Shown: positions 18,272 through 27,421 of the stretch, in pieces
Numbering within the stretch: position 1 is the first letter of the stretch
How the letters are laid out: every line of letters starts with the position of its first letter
The notes under the pieces: generated by a model
Database searches by the model: none
What the model was told of the DNA's origin: nothing
What the model saw: only the letters and a program-made list of their open reading frames with translations
IMG/VR virus record: IMGVR_UViG_3300005512_000033
Location: 1-59,854 of that record
Direction: 5' to 3' (one strand)
Source: a virus
Lineage: Duplodnaviria > Caudoviricetes
Length of the DNA stretch: 59,854 nucleotides
Position numbers and translations under genes: made by a program

Positions 18272-18626
18272 AGAACTAGAACCAATACCACATTTTAAAC
18301 TAACAGATTATGTTCGTGTTCCTGTTTACAAGGAAGATGATGTTTATATCGTCTACGTGGCTAAAAACTTTCGTAGACGATATAGCCTAAAAACCCTACC
18401 AAGTTTCATCAAATCAAAAATCACTGTGGCTAACTGTATCGCCACAAGCTACAAAGAAGACCACGAAATAAATGCTATGGACGTATTTAATTGCCACGAA
18501 GAAATAGGTGATCCTGATACTGCATGGCGAGCGTCTGAAAGTATGTATGTTGTTATCATTCACGTTAACGACTTCTATGAATTAGCAGGAACATTTTACG
18601 ATGGCTACCCCCGAAAAGAAGATTAA
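18264..18626 (+). CDS. Hypothetical protein
   Basis: 120 aa within the operon. Confidence 0.7.
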   Translation: MFKELEPIPHFKLTDYVRVPVYKEDDVYIVYVAKNFRRRYSLKTLPSFIKSKITVANCIATSYKEDHEINAMDVFNCHEEIGDPDTAWRASESMYVVIIHVNDFYELAGTFYDGYPRKED

Positions 18627-18945
18627 AGATAAAGCTAAAAAAATTTTGACTGAACTAGGTGCTTACTTCTTCATGCCTGCGACTGGAGGTTATGGTGCTA
18701 GTGGAGTGCCTGACATTATTGCTTGTTGGAAAGGCACATTCTATGGTATTGAGTGCAAAGCCAACGGCAACAAACCGACAGCATTACAGATGAAACACTT
18801 AACTAATATACACTTTGCTGGAGGGATCAGTATTGTGGTTGACGAAACTAATATTGATGACTTAAATAATATAATTAGAAAGGCTAAGAATGAACACAGA
18901 GACAGACGGAAGGGAAGCCGTGGGAAATCCCACGAAAGCAGTTGA
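18601..18945 (+). CDS. VRR-NUC nuclease (putative Holliday junction resolvase)
   Basis: TPE...GVPDII...GIECKA...PT.LQ PD-(D/E)xK pattern. Confidence 0.88.
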   Translation: MATPEKKIKDKAKKILTELGAYFFMPATGGYGASGVPDIIACWKGTFYGIECKANGNKPTALQMKHLTNIHFAGGISIVVDETNIDDLNNIIRKAKNEHRDRRKGSRGKSHESS

Positions 18946-19174
18946 CATGGTTAATCATCCTCCACATTATAAAAGGGGGATAGAGACTATAAAAATAATA
19001 CGCTCAAAGCTAACCATGGAAGAATACATAGGTTATCTGCGTGGCACAATTATTAAATACATCACACGTCTAGGATACAAAGGACAAGACCATGACATGA
19101 TAAATGATGTAGGTAAAATAATATGGTATGCAAAAGAACTTGAAGATTATTTAAAGGAGAAAAGCCATGAGTGA
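18890..19174 (+). CDS. DUF3310-family protein
   Basis: DMVNHPPHY...IETI...G..IKY..R...KG...D..K..WY. Confidence 0.85.
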   Translation: MNTETDGREAVGNPTKAVDMVNHPPHYKRGIETIKIIRSKLTMEEYIGYLRGTIIKYITRLGYKGQDHDMINDVGKIIWYAKELEDYLKEKSHE

Positions 19175-19427
19175 TGATATTTTTATGCGAGTAAAAAGAC
19201 TTCTTGAGAACCACGTCGAGGTCTTAAATAAACATAGTATCGGCGATGAACATGCAGAAGAAGCACAAGATATTATTGATGAACTAAATATATTGATTAA
19301 AAACAAGGCATTTATTGAACACCTAGAACACGAGATTGAAGAAGAAGAACGCAAGATGGTTAGCGATGACTTGGCTAAAGAAATTCTTAACGGAAAGTTT
19401 TGTGTTGGTGGAAACTGCGAGGATTGA
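19167..19427 (+). CDS. Hypothetical protein
   Basis: 86 aa, AAGGAG RBS, C-terminal CVGGNCED. Confidence 0.7.
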   Translation: MSDDIFMRVKRLLENHVEVLNKHSIGDEHAEEAQDIIDELNILIKNKAFIEHLEHEIEEEERKMVSDDLAKEILNGKFCVGGNCED

Positions 19428-19475
19428 GAACTGGTATCAACTCGCTTTCTATGTTTTATTACCGAGGGGGCATAA

Positions 19476-19667
19476 ATGGATAGCATATTTACGCACGCAT
19501 TACTAGACTTTGAAGACAAAATAATTAAAAAATATAGGTGGACAAAGAAGGACTATGAGTGGTATATTGAAAAACATCCTTCCGACAAAATTATAAAACT
19601 GGACAAACCTGTATACAAGTCGGAGTATCACAGAGCATTAGAATTAGTAGGAGAATGTTTATTATGA
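19476..19667 (+). CDS. Hypothetical protein
   Basis: 63 aa, GAGGGG RBS. Confidence 0.6.
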   Translation: MDSIFTHALLDFEDKIIKKYRWTKKDYEWYIEKHPSDKIIKLDKPVYKSEYHRALELVGECLL

Positions 19668-19897
19668 GAGATAATAGAAGGTTAACTTTTGAGGAAAAAG
19701 TAGCACGAGTAGAAGAAGTATTAAAGAAGTACCCAAACGCAACACGGTCAAAGATTACACAGTGGACTGGATACAAAGGTAATGTACTAGACCAAATGTA
19801 TGAAGCCGGTGTAAAAATACCAAAAAAGAATCCAACAAAAAGTACAACTACACCTTGGATGAGACAATTAGGAAGTTTAAGTGGCAGACGAGATTGA
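19664..19897 (+). CDS. Hypothetical, possibly HTH DNA-binding protein
   Basis: PNATRSKITQWTG helix-turn-like segment, ATGA coupling. Confidence 0.5.
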   Translation: MRDNRRLTFEEKVARVEEVLKKYPNATRSKITQWTGYKGNVLDQMYEAGVKIPKKNPTKSTTTPWMRQLGSLSGRRD

Positions 19898-20066
19898 TAA
19901 AGCAAATGACCAAATGGAAAAAGCTATGGCTTTGACTATGAAGACTATTAACACAGAAATAAAAGAGAACGACACAGGTGAATGTATTTGGTGTGGAGAA
20001 CCTGTAAAAGATAAACGAAGATGGTGTAGCATTGAGTGTAGAGATGAACAAGAAAGGCATAGTTAG
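19881..20066 (+). CDS. DksA/TraR-like C4 zinc-finger protein
   Basis: N-terminal MADEIDKA helix (TraR-like DxxDxA) followed by CIWC...CSIEC. Confidence 0.65.
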   Translation: MADEIDKANDQMEKAMALTMKTINTEIKENDTGECIWCGEPVKDKRRWCSIECRDEQERHS

Positions 20067-20268
20067 TCCATGCACAGAGATATGTAGATATGAAGAGATC
20101 AACGGAGAACCAAGATGTATCAGTTGTTTTCGTACCTACGAGGATTTAAATAATTGGTTTTACATGACAAATGAAAGTAGACGAGAAAGAATTAAACAGA
20201 TTAAGAAAGATAGGAGAGAATATGAACGTCAACAAAAGAACAGTGAAGATATGGGAAAAGAATCTTAA
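20032..20268 (+). CDS. DUF1289-family Cys-rich protein
   Basis: SPC..IC.......C.SCFRT..D...W motif. Confidence 0.8.
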   Translation: MSVEMNKKGIVSPCTEICRYEEINGEPRCISCFRTYEDLNNWFYMTNESRRERIKQIKKDRREYERQQKNSEDMGKES

Positions 20269-20455
20269 ACAAAACTATAGATTTTTCCAACCAAACAATG
20301 CTTTTACACCAACACCAAGAACAATGCGAGAAGCATTAGGGTATAAGCAATATTATGAACTTAAGTCTAATGAATTTAATATGAAAGAAACTACTAAAGC
20401 ATATGCAATAGGAATTATTGTCTTGTTAGTATATATAGGTACATGGCTATTTTAA
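20222..20455 (+). CDS. Hypothetical protein with C-terminal TM
   Basis: Start MNVNK after AGGAG, PRTMREA motif. Confidence 0.6.
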   Translation: MNVNKRTVKIWEKNLKQNYRFFQPNNAFTPTPRTMREALGYKQYYELKSNEFNMKETTKAYAIGIIVLLVYIGTWLF

Positions 20456-20582
20456 AAACAACAGGAAATAAATGCAATAAATGCAAAAACGACGCTAAAT
20501 ACTACGACAAGAAAAAGTGGTGGTGTGGCTTTACGTTTGAAGGACATGGATACTGCAAAGCAGAGAAAGTAAAAGATAAATA

Positions 20583-22448
20583 ATGCAAATAGTAACTCTC
20601 GACTTCGAGACGTTTTACGACACAGGGTTTAGTCTATCTAGATTAACAACAGAAGAGTATATAAAAGATGATAGATTCCAAGTCATCGGGTATGCACTTA
20701 AGATAGACGAAGGTCAAACTAAATGGTTTACTGGTTCGCATGACGAACTCAAACTAGAATTAGATAAGATAGACTGGAGTAACTCAATGTTACTCTGCCA
20801 TAACACAATGTTTGATGGTGCAATACTATCATGGATATTTGACATTGTTCCCTTCGCTTACCTCGATACGTTATCAATGGCTCGTGCAATACATGGCGTT
20901 AATGCTGGCGGTAGCTTGAAAGCTCTCGCTGAACGATATAACATAGGACAGAAAGGTACTGAAGTTCTGGACGCTAAAGGTAAACGACTAGAAGACTTCG
21001 CAGACCACGAACTACATCAGTATGGTCAATACTGTAAGAACGATGTCAAACTAACCTTTGACTTATTCAAGATATTATCTAAGACATTTCCTATTGATGA
21101 ATTAAAACTTATAGACATTACATTAAGAATGTATACAGAGCCTACGCTTAGACTAGACGATGCAATACTAATTAATAGACTAGAAGAAGTACAAGAAGAA
21201 AAACAAAACTTATTAGCTGGTCTGAAGAACAGATTAGAATGTGAAGACGAAGAATGTGTACGTAAGAAGTTGGCTAGTAACAAACAGTTTGCTGAGTTGT
21301 TAGAAGAACTTGGTGTTGAAGTACCTACAAAGATTAGTCCGACTACTGGCAAAGAGACATACGCTTTAGCAAAGAATGACGTTGGGTTCATAGAACTACA
21401 AGAACACGAGAACCCTTTTATACAAGAACTGTGTGCAGTGAGACTTGGTACAAAGTCTACAATCGAAGAGTCAAGGATAGAGAGATTCTTAGATATTGCT
21501 GTGCGTAACAGGGGCAGACTACCTATACCATTAAAATACTACGGGGCTCATACAGGAAGATGGTCAGGTTCAGATAAAGTTAACTTCCAAAACTTACCAA
21601 GTCGTGACGCAAAGAAGAAAGCCTTGAAGAACGCCGTGTTGCCACCAAAAGGACATGTCATCATAAACTGCGATTCCTCACAGATCGAGGCTAGGATACT
21701 TGTATGGTTAGCAGGGCAAGAGAACATCGTTAAATTATATAGAAACGGACAGGACGTTTACTCTGAGTTTGCAAGTAAAGTCTACAACAGAAAGATAGAT
21801 AAACGAAATAAGACAGAAAGATTTGTTGGTAAAACTTGTACTCTAGGTTTAGGTTACGGTACTGGGTGGTCAAAGCTACAACATACTTTGAAAACCTCCC
21901 CACCCGGTGCTGATCTTTCAGACGAAGAATGTAAAAGATTAGTCAGAGTTTATAGAGATGTAAACAATAAAGTTATTCAGTTGTGGGAAAGATGTGATCT
22001 AGCTTTACGCAATATGGCACACTGGAGAGACAAACAACCTTATTATCTCGACAAACATAAGTGTGTATTAGTAACTAAAGATGGGTTAAAATTACCTAAC
22101 GGGCTGTATATTTACTATCCTGAATTAAGAAGAGACACAGAATCAGATAGAGAATCATACATATATTCTTCTAGACGAGGAGTCGTAAATATTTGGGGCG
22201 GTTCAGTTGTAGAGAATGTGGTTCAAGCATTAGCTAGAATTATCATAGGTGAACAAATGATAGAAGTAGCGGGTAAATATAAACCTGTGTTGACTGTTCA
22301 TGATGCTATTGTATGTACTGCACCTGAAGAAGAAAAAGACCAAGCACTAAAATTTATTATGGATGAGATGTCTAAACCTCCTAAGTGGGGTGAAGATTTA
22401 CCTATAACTTGCGAAGGCGAGTATGCAGAAAACTATGGAGATTGTTAA
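20583..22448 (+). CDS. polA: Family A DNA polymerase with 3'-5' exonuclease
   Basis: Exo I DFET, HN..FD, HTGRWS, NFQN, motif A DSSQIEAR, motif B R..GK...LGLGYG, motif C TVHD. Confidence 0.95.
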   Translation: MQIVTLDFETFYDTGFSLSRLTTEEYIKDDRFQVIGYALKIDEGQTKWFTGSHDELKLELDKIDWSNSMLLCHNTMFDGAILSWIFDIVPFAYLDTLSMARAIHGVNAGGSLKALAERYNIGQKGTEVLDAKGKRLEDFADHELHQYGQYCKNDVKLTFDLFKILSKTFPIDELKLIDITLRMYTEPTLRLDDAILINRLEEVQEEKQNLLAGLKNRLECEDEECVRKKLASNKQFAELLEELGVEVPTKISPTTGKETYALAKNDVGFIELQEHENPFIQELCAVRLGTKSTIEESRIERFLDIAVRNRGRLPIPLKYYGAHTGRWSGSDKVNFQNLPSRDAKKKALKNAVLPPKGHVIINCDSSQIEARILVWLAGQENIVKLYRNGQDVYSEFASKVYNRKIDKRNKTERFVGKTCTLGLGYGTGWSKLQHTLKTSPPGADLSDEECKRLVRVYRDVNNKVIQLWERCDLALRNMAHWRDKQPYYLDKHKCVLVTKDGLKLPNGLYIYYPELRRDTESDRESYIYSSRRGVVNIWGGSVVENVVQALARIIIGEQMIEVAGKYKPVLTVHDAIVCTAPEEEKDQALKFIMDEMSKPPKWGEDLPITCEGEYAENYGDC

Positions 22449-23035
22449 TGGTACCTGAACACTTTATAAAAGATGAAGCGTTTGCTAGCAACATAGTTAG
22501 AAAGTATCTTAACTCAAAAAAGAAAGATGGCTGGAGATACGAGGAAGAATATGAACTTAAAAGTGGGTGGGCAAGACTAGACTATTTAGTTAAAGCACCT
22601 TATGAAGGAGGGCATATATTTTTTGGTATTGAGTGCAAGAAAGCTTTATCTAGATATACTAGCTGGTCAGACTTAGCTAAATACTTTGAGCAGATGGTAG
22701 CTTATCAAACTAGACCTGATGTAAGTTATCCCATATTTTTGGCTCCAATAGTAGAAGATGAAAACATAAATAATTTTTATAAAAAATATCCGTCATATAC
22801 TAACTTAAATAACATACAAGTTTTTGATAGATTAGCAGGAAGATTAAATGTTGGTGTGATGTATATGTCTCGCACAAAAGGAAACTGGGGTGCAACACTT
22901 AGACTAAGAGACGGCACTTATTATTCAGATCATAGAGGGTTTAGAAAAGATAGACTAAAAATATCTGTGACTAAAAACTCTCATATAACAAGGGTACCTC
23001 AAAAAATATGGGGTCAAGAATATAATTATGGGTGA
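22448..23035 (+). CDS. PD-(D/E)xK nuclease-fold protein
   Basis: E...RLDY...GIECK...Q..AY pattern, TAATG coupling to polA. Confidence 0.55.
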   Translation: MVPEHFIKDEAFASNIVRKYLNSKKKDGWRYEEEYELKSGWARLDYLVKAPYEGGHIFFGIECKKALSRYTSWSDLAKYFEQMVAYQTRPDVSYPIFLAPIVEDENINNFYKKYPSYTNLNNIQVFDRLAGRLNVGVMYMSRTKGNWGATLRLRDGTYYSDHRGFRKDRLKISVTKNSHITRVPQKIWGQEYNYG

Positions 23036-23567
23036 TAGAAGCGAATACATGAAAGCTTGGTACGAAGCTAACAAAGAAAAGCATAGAGCTAAAGCAAAAG
23101 CTTGGTACGAAGCTAACAAAGAAAAGAATAAAGCTTACGATAAAGCTTATAGAAAAGCTAATAAAGAAAAAATACAAACTAGAATGAAAGTGTACTACGA
23201 GAGTAATAAAGATAAAATACTAGCCCAAAAGAAAGTTTACTATGAAAGTAATAAAGATAAATTACTAGCTCAAACGAAAGTTTGGCAACAAAATAATAAA
23301 GATAAGAGAAAGGCTGCTAAAGCAAAAAGAAGGACTGCTAAACTTCAGAGGACACCAAGCTGGCTGACTAAAGAAGCCCTAGAAAAGATAAAAGATATAT
23401 ATAAAATGGCATACAGGCGTTCACAAATAGAGGGTATAGAGTATCAAGTAGACCACATCATACCACTTCAAGGTAAAAAGGTGTCTGGATTGCATGTACC
23501 AAATAATCTGCAGATTATGAGTGCAAAAGAAAACAGAAGTAAACTTAATAAATATAAGGTAGAATAA
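23028..23567 (+). CDS. HNH homing endonuclease
   Basis: VDHIIPLQG..VSGLHVPNNLQ.....EN..K.N, with N-terminal YEANKEK repeats. Confidence 0.88.
   Translation: MGDRSEYMKAWYEANKEKHRAKAKAWYEANKEKNKAYDKAYRKANKEKIQTRMKVYYESNKDKILAQKKVYYESNKDKLLAQTKVWQQNNKDKRKAAKAKRRTAKLQRTPSWLTKEALEKIKDIYKMAYRRSQIEGIEYQVDHIIPLQGKKVSGLHVPNNLQIMSAKENRSKLNKYKVE
23052..23126 (+). repeat. 30-bp direct repeat, 45-bp period, inside the HNH gene
   Basis: AAAGCTTGGTACGAAGCTAACAAAGAAAAG at 23052 and 23097. Confidence 0.9.
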
Positions 23568-23569
23568 AT

Positions 23570-23716
23570 ATGGTAAGCGACGGCGGAAAAGGTAGTCTTC
23601 AAAGACCAACTGACAAGAAAAAGTTTGATGAAAACTACGACAGAATTTTTAATAAAAAGGAGAAGCAAGATGATAAGAGCACTAATAGTACCAAACGAAG
23701 ATTTAACTCAATATAG
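23570..23716 (+). CDS. Small conserved phage protein (GGKGS..RP...NYD.IF)
   Basis: Manual 48 aa ORF MVSDGGKGSLQRPTDKKKFDENYDRIF... Confidence 0.6.
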   Translation: MVSDGGKGSLQRPTDKKKFDENYDRIFNKKEKQDDKSTNSTKRRFNSI

Positions 23717-23861
23717 TTTTACAATTCAAGACAAAGATGCAAACGGTTTTTGGAAAGAAATAACTAAAGTTTACAGACATCCAACAGACCCTGATAAAGT
23801 GTATGAAACTATTGAAGAACTTAAAAAGGATTTAGCTAATGGCAAAGATAGTCAAGAGTGA
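23670..23861 (+). CDS. Hypothetical protein
   Basis: Start MIRALIVP after AAGGAG. Confidence 0.6.
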   Translation: MIRALIVPNEDLTQYSFTIQDKDANGFWKEITKVYRHPTDPDKVYETIEELKKDLANGKDSQE

Positions 23862-23979
23862 GAAAGCTCATGAGTCCTTGCATAAACGAACATCACAAGG
23901 TGGTCGTAGACCAAAGACAAGTACAATGAATAAAAATAAAAAGTCGTGCTTTAAAAGGTACAGAGGACAAGGAAGGTAA
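23839..23979 (+). CDS. Small basic conserved phage protein (KRYRGQG family)
   Basis: Manual 46 aa ORF MAKIVKS...KRTSQG...FKRYRGQGR, TAATG coupling to the next gene. Confidence 0.7.
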   Translation: MAKIVKSEKAHESLHKRTSQGGRRPKTSTMNKNKKSCFKRYRGQGR

Positions 23980-24635
23980 TGGCGGTATTTACATGGTCTT
24001 ATTCTAGCCTAAAGGAATATCAGAACTGCCCTAAAAAGTATCATGAAATTAGGGTTCTTAAAAACTATACCGTAAAAGAAACTGAACAAATGCGTTATGG
24101 TACCGAAGTCCATAAAGCTTTAGAAGACTATGTAAGAGACGGAGTTGAGTTAGCTAAAAACTATCAAAGATTTAAACCCTTTGTAGATAAACTAATATCA
24201 ATACCGGGTGAGAAATATTGTGAATATGAAATGGCTTTAACTTATAACAGAGAGCCATGTGACTTTAAGAGTGAGGATAGATGGGTTAGAGGCATAGCTG
24301 ACTTAGTTATAGTTGATGGTGATTATGCTTTCATTGTAGATTATAAAACGGGAAGTAATAAATATCCTGACCCTAAACAGTTACGCTTGATGGCACTAAT
24401 GTTGTTTACTTATTTTCCTGATGTTCAAAAAATTAAAGCTGGTTTACTTTTTGTTATGAAGAATAGTTTTGTCAGTGAAGAATATCTTAGAAAAGACATG
24501 GACAAGTCTTGGGCTATGTTTGAACAACCACTAAAAAGATTAGAGTCATCATATGATAATGACAAGTGGCAAGCAAACCCAACACCGTTATGTAAGTGGT
24601 GTCCAGTACAGAGTTGTGAGTTTAATAGGAGTTAG
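23979..24635 (+). CDS. Cas4/RecB-like PD-(D/E)xK exonuclease
   Basis: SYS.L..Y..CP, G..VH..LE, GIAD, DYKTG, QL, C-terminal C.WCP...C Fe-S ligands. Confidence 0.9.
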   Translation: MAVFTWSYSSLKEYQNCPKKYHEIRVLKNYTVKETEQMRYGTEVHKALEDYVRDGVELAKNYQRFKPFVDKLISIPGEKYCEYEMALTYNREPCDFKSEDRWVRGIADLVIVDGDYAFIVDYKTGSNKYPDPKQLRLMALMLFTYFPDVQKIKAGLLFVMKNSFVSEEYLRKDMDKSWAMFEQPLKRLESSYDNDKWQANPTPLCKWCPVQSCEFNRS

Positions 24636-24637
24636 TT

Positions 24638-25093
24638 GTGTATAAGAAAACGTGTATTACATGTAATACAGAGTTTGAAACCAACCACCCAAAGTATCTT
24701 AATTGTTCTCCTGAATGTAACAAAGTATATAGAGTCAACCAAAGATATGTTAGAGAGAACAATGACTGGGATAGATATTACAAACATCTTTTATCTAAAA
24801 AACAAAACCATACACTAACTGTTGCTCAATTAGTAGGCAAGACAGCAGAGCAAGATTATAAATGTGCTCTATCAGGAGTAGAACTTACTTGTATACATAA
24901 GCGTGGAACTACCATATTAACTAATGCAAGTATAGATAGAATTAATGCTGGAAAAGAGTATAATTATGATAATATTCAGATCGTCTGTCGGGCAGTCAAT
25001 AACTTTAGAACAGATATGCCGGTAGATGAATATATTGATTGGTGTATGAGGGTAGCATTTCATGGCTTACGTAAACAAAAAGAGACCATATAA
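24638..25093 (+). CDS. HNH/His-Me-finger-like endonuclease with N-terminal Zn ribbon
   Basis: CITC...CSPEC, CALSG...SIDRIN....Y...NIQIVC..VN. GTG start after AGGAG. Confidence 0.7.
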   Translation: MYKKTCITCNTEFETNHPKYLNCSPECNKVYRVNQRYVRENNDWDRYYKHLLSKKQNHTLTVAQLVGKTAEQDYKCALSGVELTCIHKRGTTILTNASIDRINAGKEYNYDNIQIVCRAVNNFRTDMPVDEYIDWCMRVAFHGLRKQKETI

Positions 25094-25379
25094 AAAAGAA
25101 TACGAACAACAAAAGAAACGTGGCGAACATGAGAATCGCATGGAACGTCAACGTGCTCGTCGTAAAATAGATAAAACAAGTAAAGATGCTAATGGAAATG
25201 GTAAGGCTGACAAGCGAGAAGGTAAAGATGTATCGCATAGAAAAGCATTATCTAAAGGTGGCTCAAATAAAAACGGTGTGACTATTCAGTCCAAATCTAA
25301 AAACCGTTCGTTCAAACGTAACTCATCTGGTAAGCTTGTTTCTGAAACAAGTAAAAGAGAACGTAAAAAAAGAACGTAA
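25062..25379 (+). CDS. Small basic HNH-like protein
   Basis: GKDVSHRKALSKGGSN...SKNRSF. Confidence 0.7.
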   Translation: MAYVNKKRPYKKEYEQQKKRGEHENRMERQRARRKIDKTSKDANGNGKADKREGKDVSHRKALSKGGSNKNGVTIQSKSKNRSFKRNSSGKLVSETSKRERKKRT

Positions 25380-25386
25380 ATATAAC

Positions 25387-25414
25387 TTGACTTATTACTA
25401 AGTTAGTATATACT
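25387..25414 (+). promoter_or_regulatory. Sigma70-like promoter for the helicase-primase operon
   Basis: TTGACT-N16-TATACT in the intergenic gap. Confidence 0.6.
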
Positions 25415-25443
25415 TATAGTGTTATTTAAACTGTAAGTAGAAT

Positions 25444-27009
25444 ATGGAATTATTACAAGACCAAGCCGTAAAACTAACTTTAAAAAATGAGTCAGCAGAT
25501 ATTATATTAAAAGATATATCTAAGAGCGAAGTTATAAAGAGAGATGATACTGTAACTGAACTACTAATTTACTGGGGTCTAGAAGAAATGACTAGACTAA
25601 ACCAGCTAGTGAGGTTTAAAAAGAATCTTCCTTCACCTATCACTCGTGACTATGAGTGGTGTGGTCTATACAAACCATTCGACCATCAAAAAGTAACGGC
25701 AGAATTCTTATCTATAAACAAAAAAGCGTTTTGTTTTAACGAAGCGGGTACAGGTAAAACATCATCTGTATTATGGGCTGCGGACTACCTAATGAATCAA
25801 GGCAAGATCAAACGTGTATTGATTGTATGCCCTTTATCTATTATGTATTCAGCATGGCAGGGCGACATCTTTAATACCTGTATGCACAGAACTTCTATAG
25901 TGTGTCATGGTACGGCAGATAAAAGACGCAAGATAATAAACTCTGATTACGAGTTTGTAATTATTAATTATGATGGAGTAAACATAGTACGAGATGAGAT
26001 TATCCGTGGTGGCTTTGACTTGATTGTGATAGATGAATGTAATGCTTATAAGTCTACTACAACTACAAGATTTAAAACTATGAATAAGATAGTTAACGTT
26101 GATACAAGGCTATGGATGTTAACGGGTACACCTGCATCTCAGTCTCCACTAGATGCGTATGGGCTAGCTAAGTTAGTATGTCCACAACGTATACCTAAAT
26201 TTAAAAACGCATGGCGTGATAAAGTCATGTATCAAGTATCTAGGTTTAAATGGTTACCACGTCCTACATCAAAAGACGATGTGTTCAAGGCTTTGAATCC
26301 AGCTATACGGTTTGCAAAGAATCAATGTCTAGATTTACCTGACGTAATGTATCAGACAAGAGAGATAGAACTAACACCGTCAGCTAAGAAATATTACAAA
26401 GCATTAAAAGATCAGATGCTAATTGAAGCTGCGGGCGAACAAGTTACAGCTGTTAATGCAGCTGCTGGACTAAATAAATTATTACAAATATCAGGCGGTG
26501 CGGTGTACTCAGACAGTCATGAAGTTGTAGAGTTTGATATAAAACCTAGACTATCTGCACTACTAGAAACAGTACAAGAAACAGACAATAAAGTATTAGT
26601 CTTTGTGCCTTACAGGCATACAATAAATTTTGTATCTAAGTTCTTAATGGATAACGGTATAACTACAGAACTGATACATGGTGATGTCAAAGCTACAGAC
26701 AGAGCAGACATCATTCAAAGGTTTCAATCTCAGGACGAACCTAGAGTCTTGGTAATACAACCACAATCAGCTTCTCACGGGGTGACGTTGACTAGAGCAG
26801 ACACAGTTGTGTTTTGGTCTCCTGTTATGTCTGTTGAAGTTTATCTACAGTGTATTGCTAGGATGGACAGGGTAGGACAAAAGAACAAGATGACTGTTGT
26901 TCACTTAGAAGGTTCTGATGTTGAAAAGAGGATGTATGGGATGCTACGGGGTAAGGTAGATCAACATACAAAATTAGTTGACTTATATCGAGAGGAAATA
27001 GAATCATGA
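25444..27009 (+). CDS. SNF2-family helicase
   Basis: GTGKT, DECN, LTGTP, HGVTLTRA, Q..AR..R.GQ. Confidence 0.92.
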   Translation: MELLQDQAVKLTLKNESADIILKDISKSEVIKRDDTVTELLIYWGLEEMTRLNQLVRFKKNLPSPITRDYEWCGLYKPFDHQKVTAEFLSINKKAFCFNEAGTGKTSSVLWAADYLMNQGKIKRVLIVCPLSIMYSAWQGDIFNTCMHRTSIVCHGTADKRRKIINSDYEFVIINYDGVNIVRDEIIRGGFDLIVIDECNAYKSTTTTRFKTMNKIVNVDTRLWMLTGTPASQSPLDAYGLAKLVCPQRIPKFKNAWRDKVMYQVSRFKWLPRPTSKDDVFKALNPAIRFAKNQCLDLPDVMYQTREIELTPSAKKYYKALKDQMLIEAAGEQVTAVNAAAGLNKLLQISGGAVYSDSHEVVEFDIKPRLSALLETVQETDNKVLVFVPYRHTINFVSKFLMDNGITTELIHGDVKATDRADIIQRFQSQDEPRVLVIQPQSASHGVTLTRADTVVFWSPVMSVEVYLQCIARMDRVGQKNKMTVVHLEGSDVEKRMYGMLRGKVDQHTKLVDLYREEIES

Positions 27010-27410
27010 GTGATGTTAACCTTGATGAATTAGTAAAAACTTATTTGACTATAAGAGATGAACGTGATAGATTGTCTAGAGAACATGATGCGAAAGATAG
27101 AGAATTGGCAAACGATTTAGCTCAGTTAGAACAAGTGTTACTAAATTCATGTAATGAAATAAATGCCGACAGTATCCGTACTGGTAATGGCACTGTAATT
27201 AAAACCACAAGAGAGAACTATGTTTGTGGGGACTGGGATAACTTTAAAAAGTTTGTTATGGAGAATCAAGCAATTGAACTATTGCAACAAAGACTACACC
27301 AGTCTAACTTTAAAGAATTTTTAACCAACCGAGACGATGAAGGCTTGCCGCCGGGTATAAGTAGTATGCGAGAATTCAAAGTCGTAGTACGAAAACCTAC
27401 CAAGTCTTAA
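27006..27410 (+). CDS. Conserved replication-module protein
   Basis: 134 aa, coiled coil then DW..F..FV...LL..R...LPPG. Confidence 0.75.
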   Translation: MSDVNLDELVKTYLTIRDERDRLSREHDAKDRELANDLAQLEQVLLNSCNEINADSIRTGNGTVIKTTRENYVCGDWDNFKKFVMENQAIELLQQRLHQSNFKEFLTNRDDEGLPPGISSMREFKVVVRKPTKS

Positions 27411-27421
27411 GGAGAAGATAA

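Larger units (their letters stand above)
9437..18934. repeat. Dispersed 16-bp palindrome CGTGGGAWWTCCCACN x7 (9437, 10430, 11080, 12344, 13301, 15581, 18919)
   Basis: Each copy read directly. Found only in the plus-strand early region in my scan. Confidence 0.9.

Noticed and set aside
9437-18934. Palindromes or the 22-bp repeats as a CRISPR array
   Set aside because: Spacing is irregular (0.6-3.3 kb) with genes in between, so there is no repeat-spacer periodicity.
23979-24635. Cas4 as evidence of a CRISPR-Cas system
   Set aside because: Solo Cas4-like exonuclease in a replication module; no other cas genes or array.
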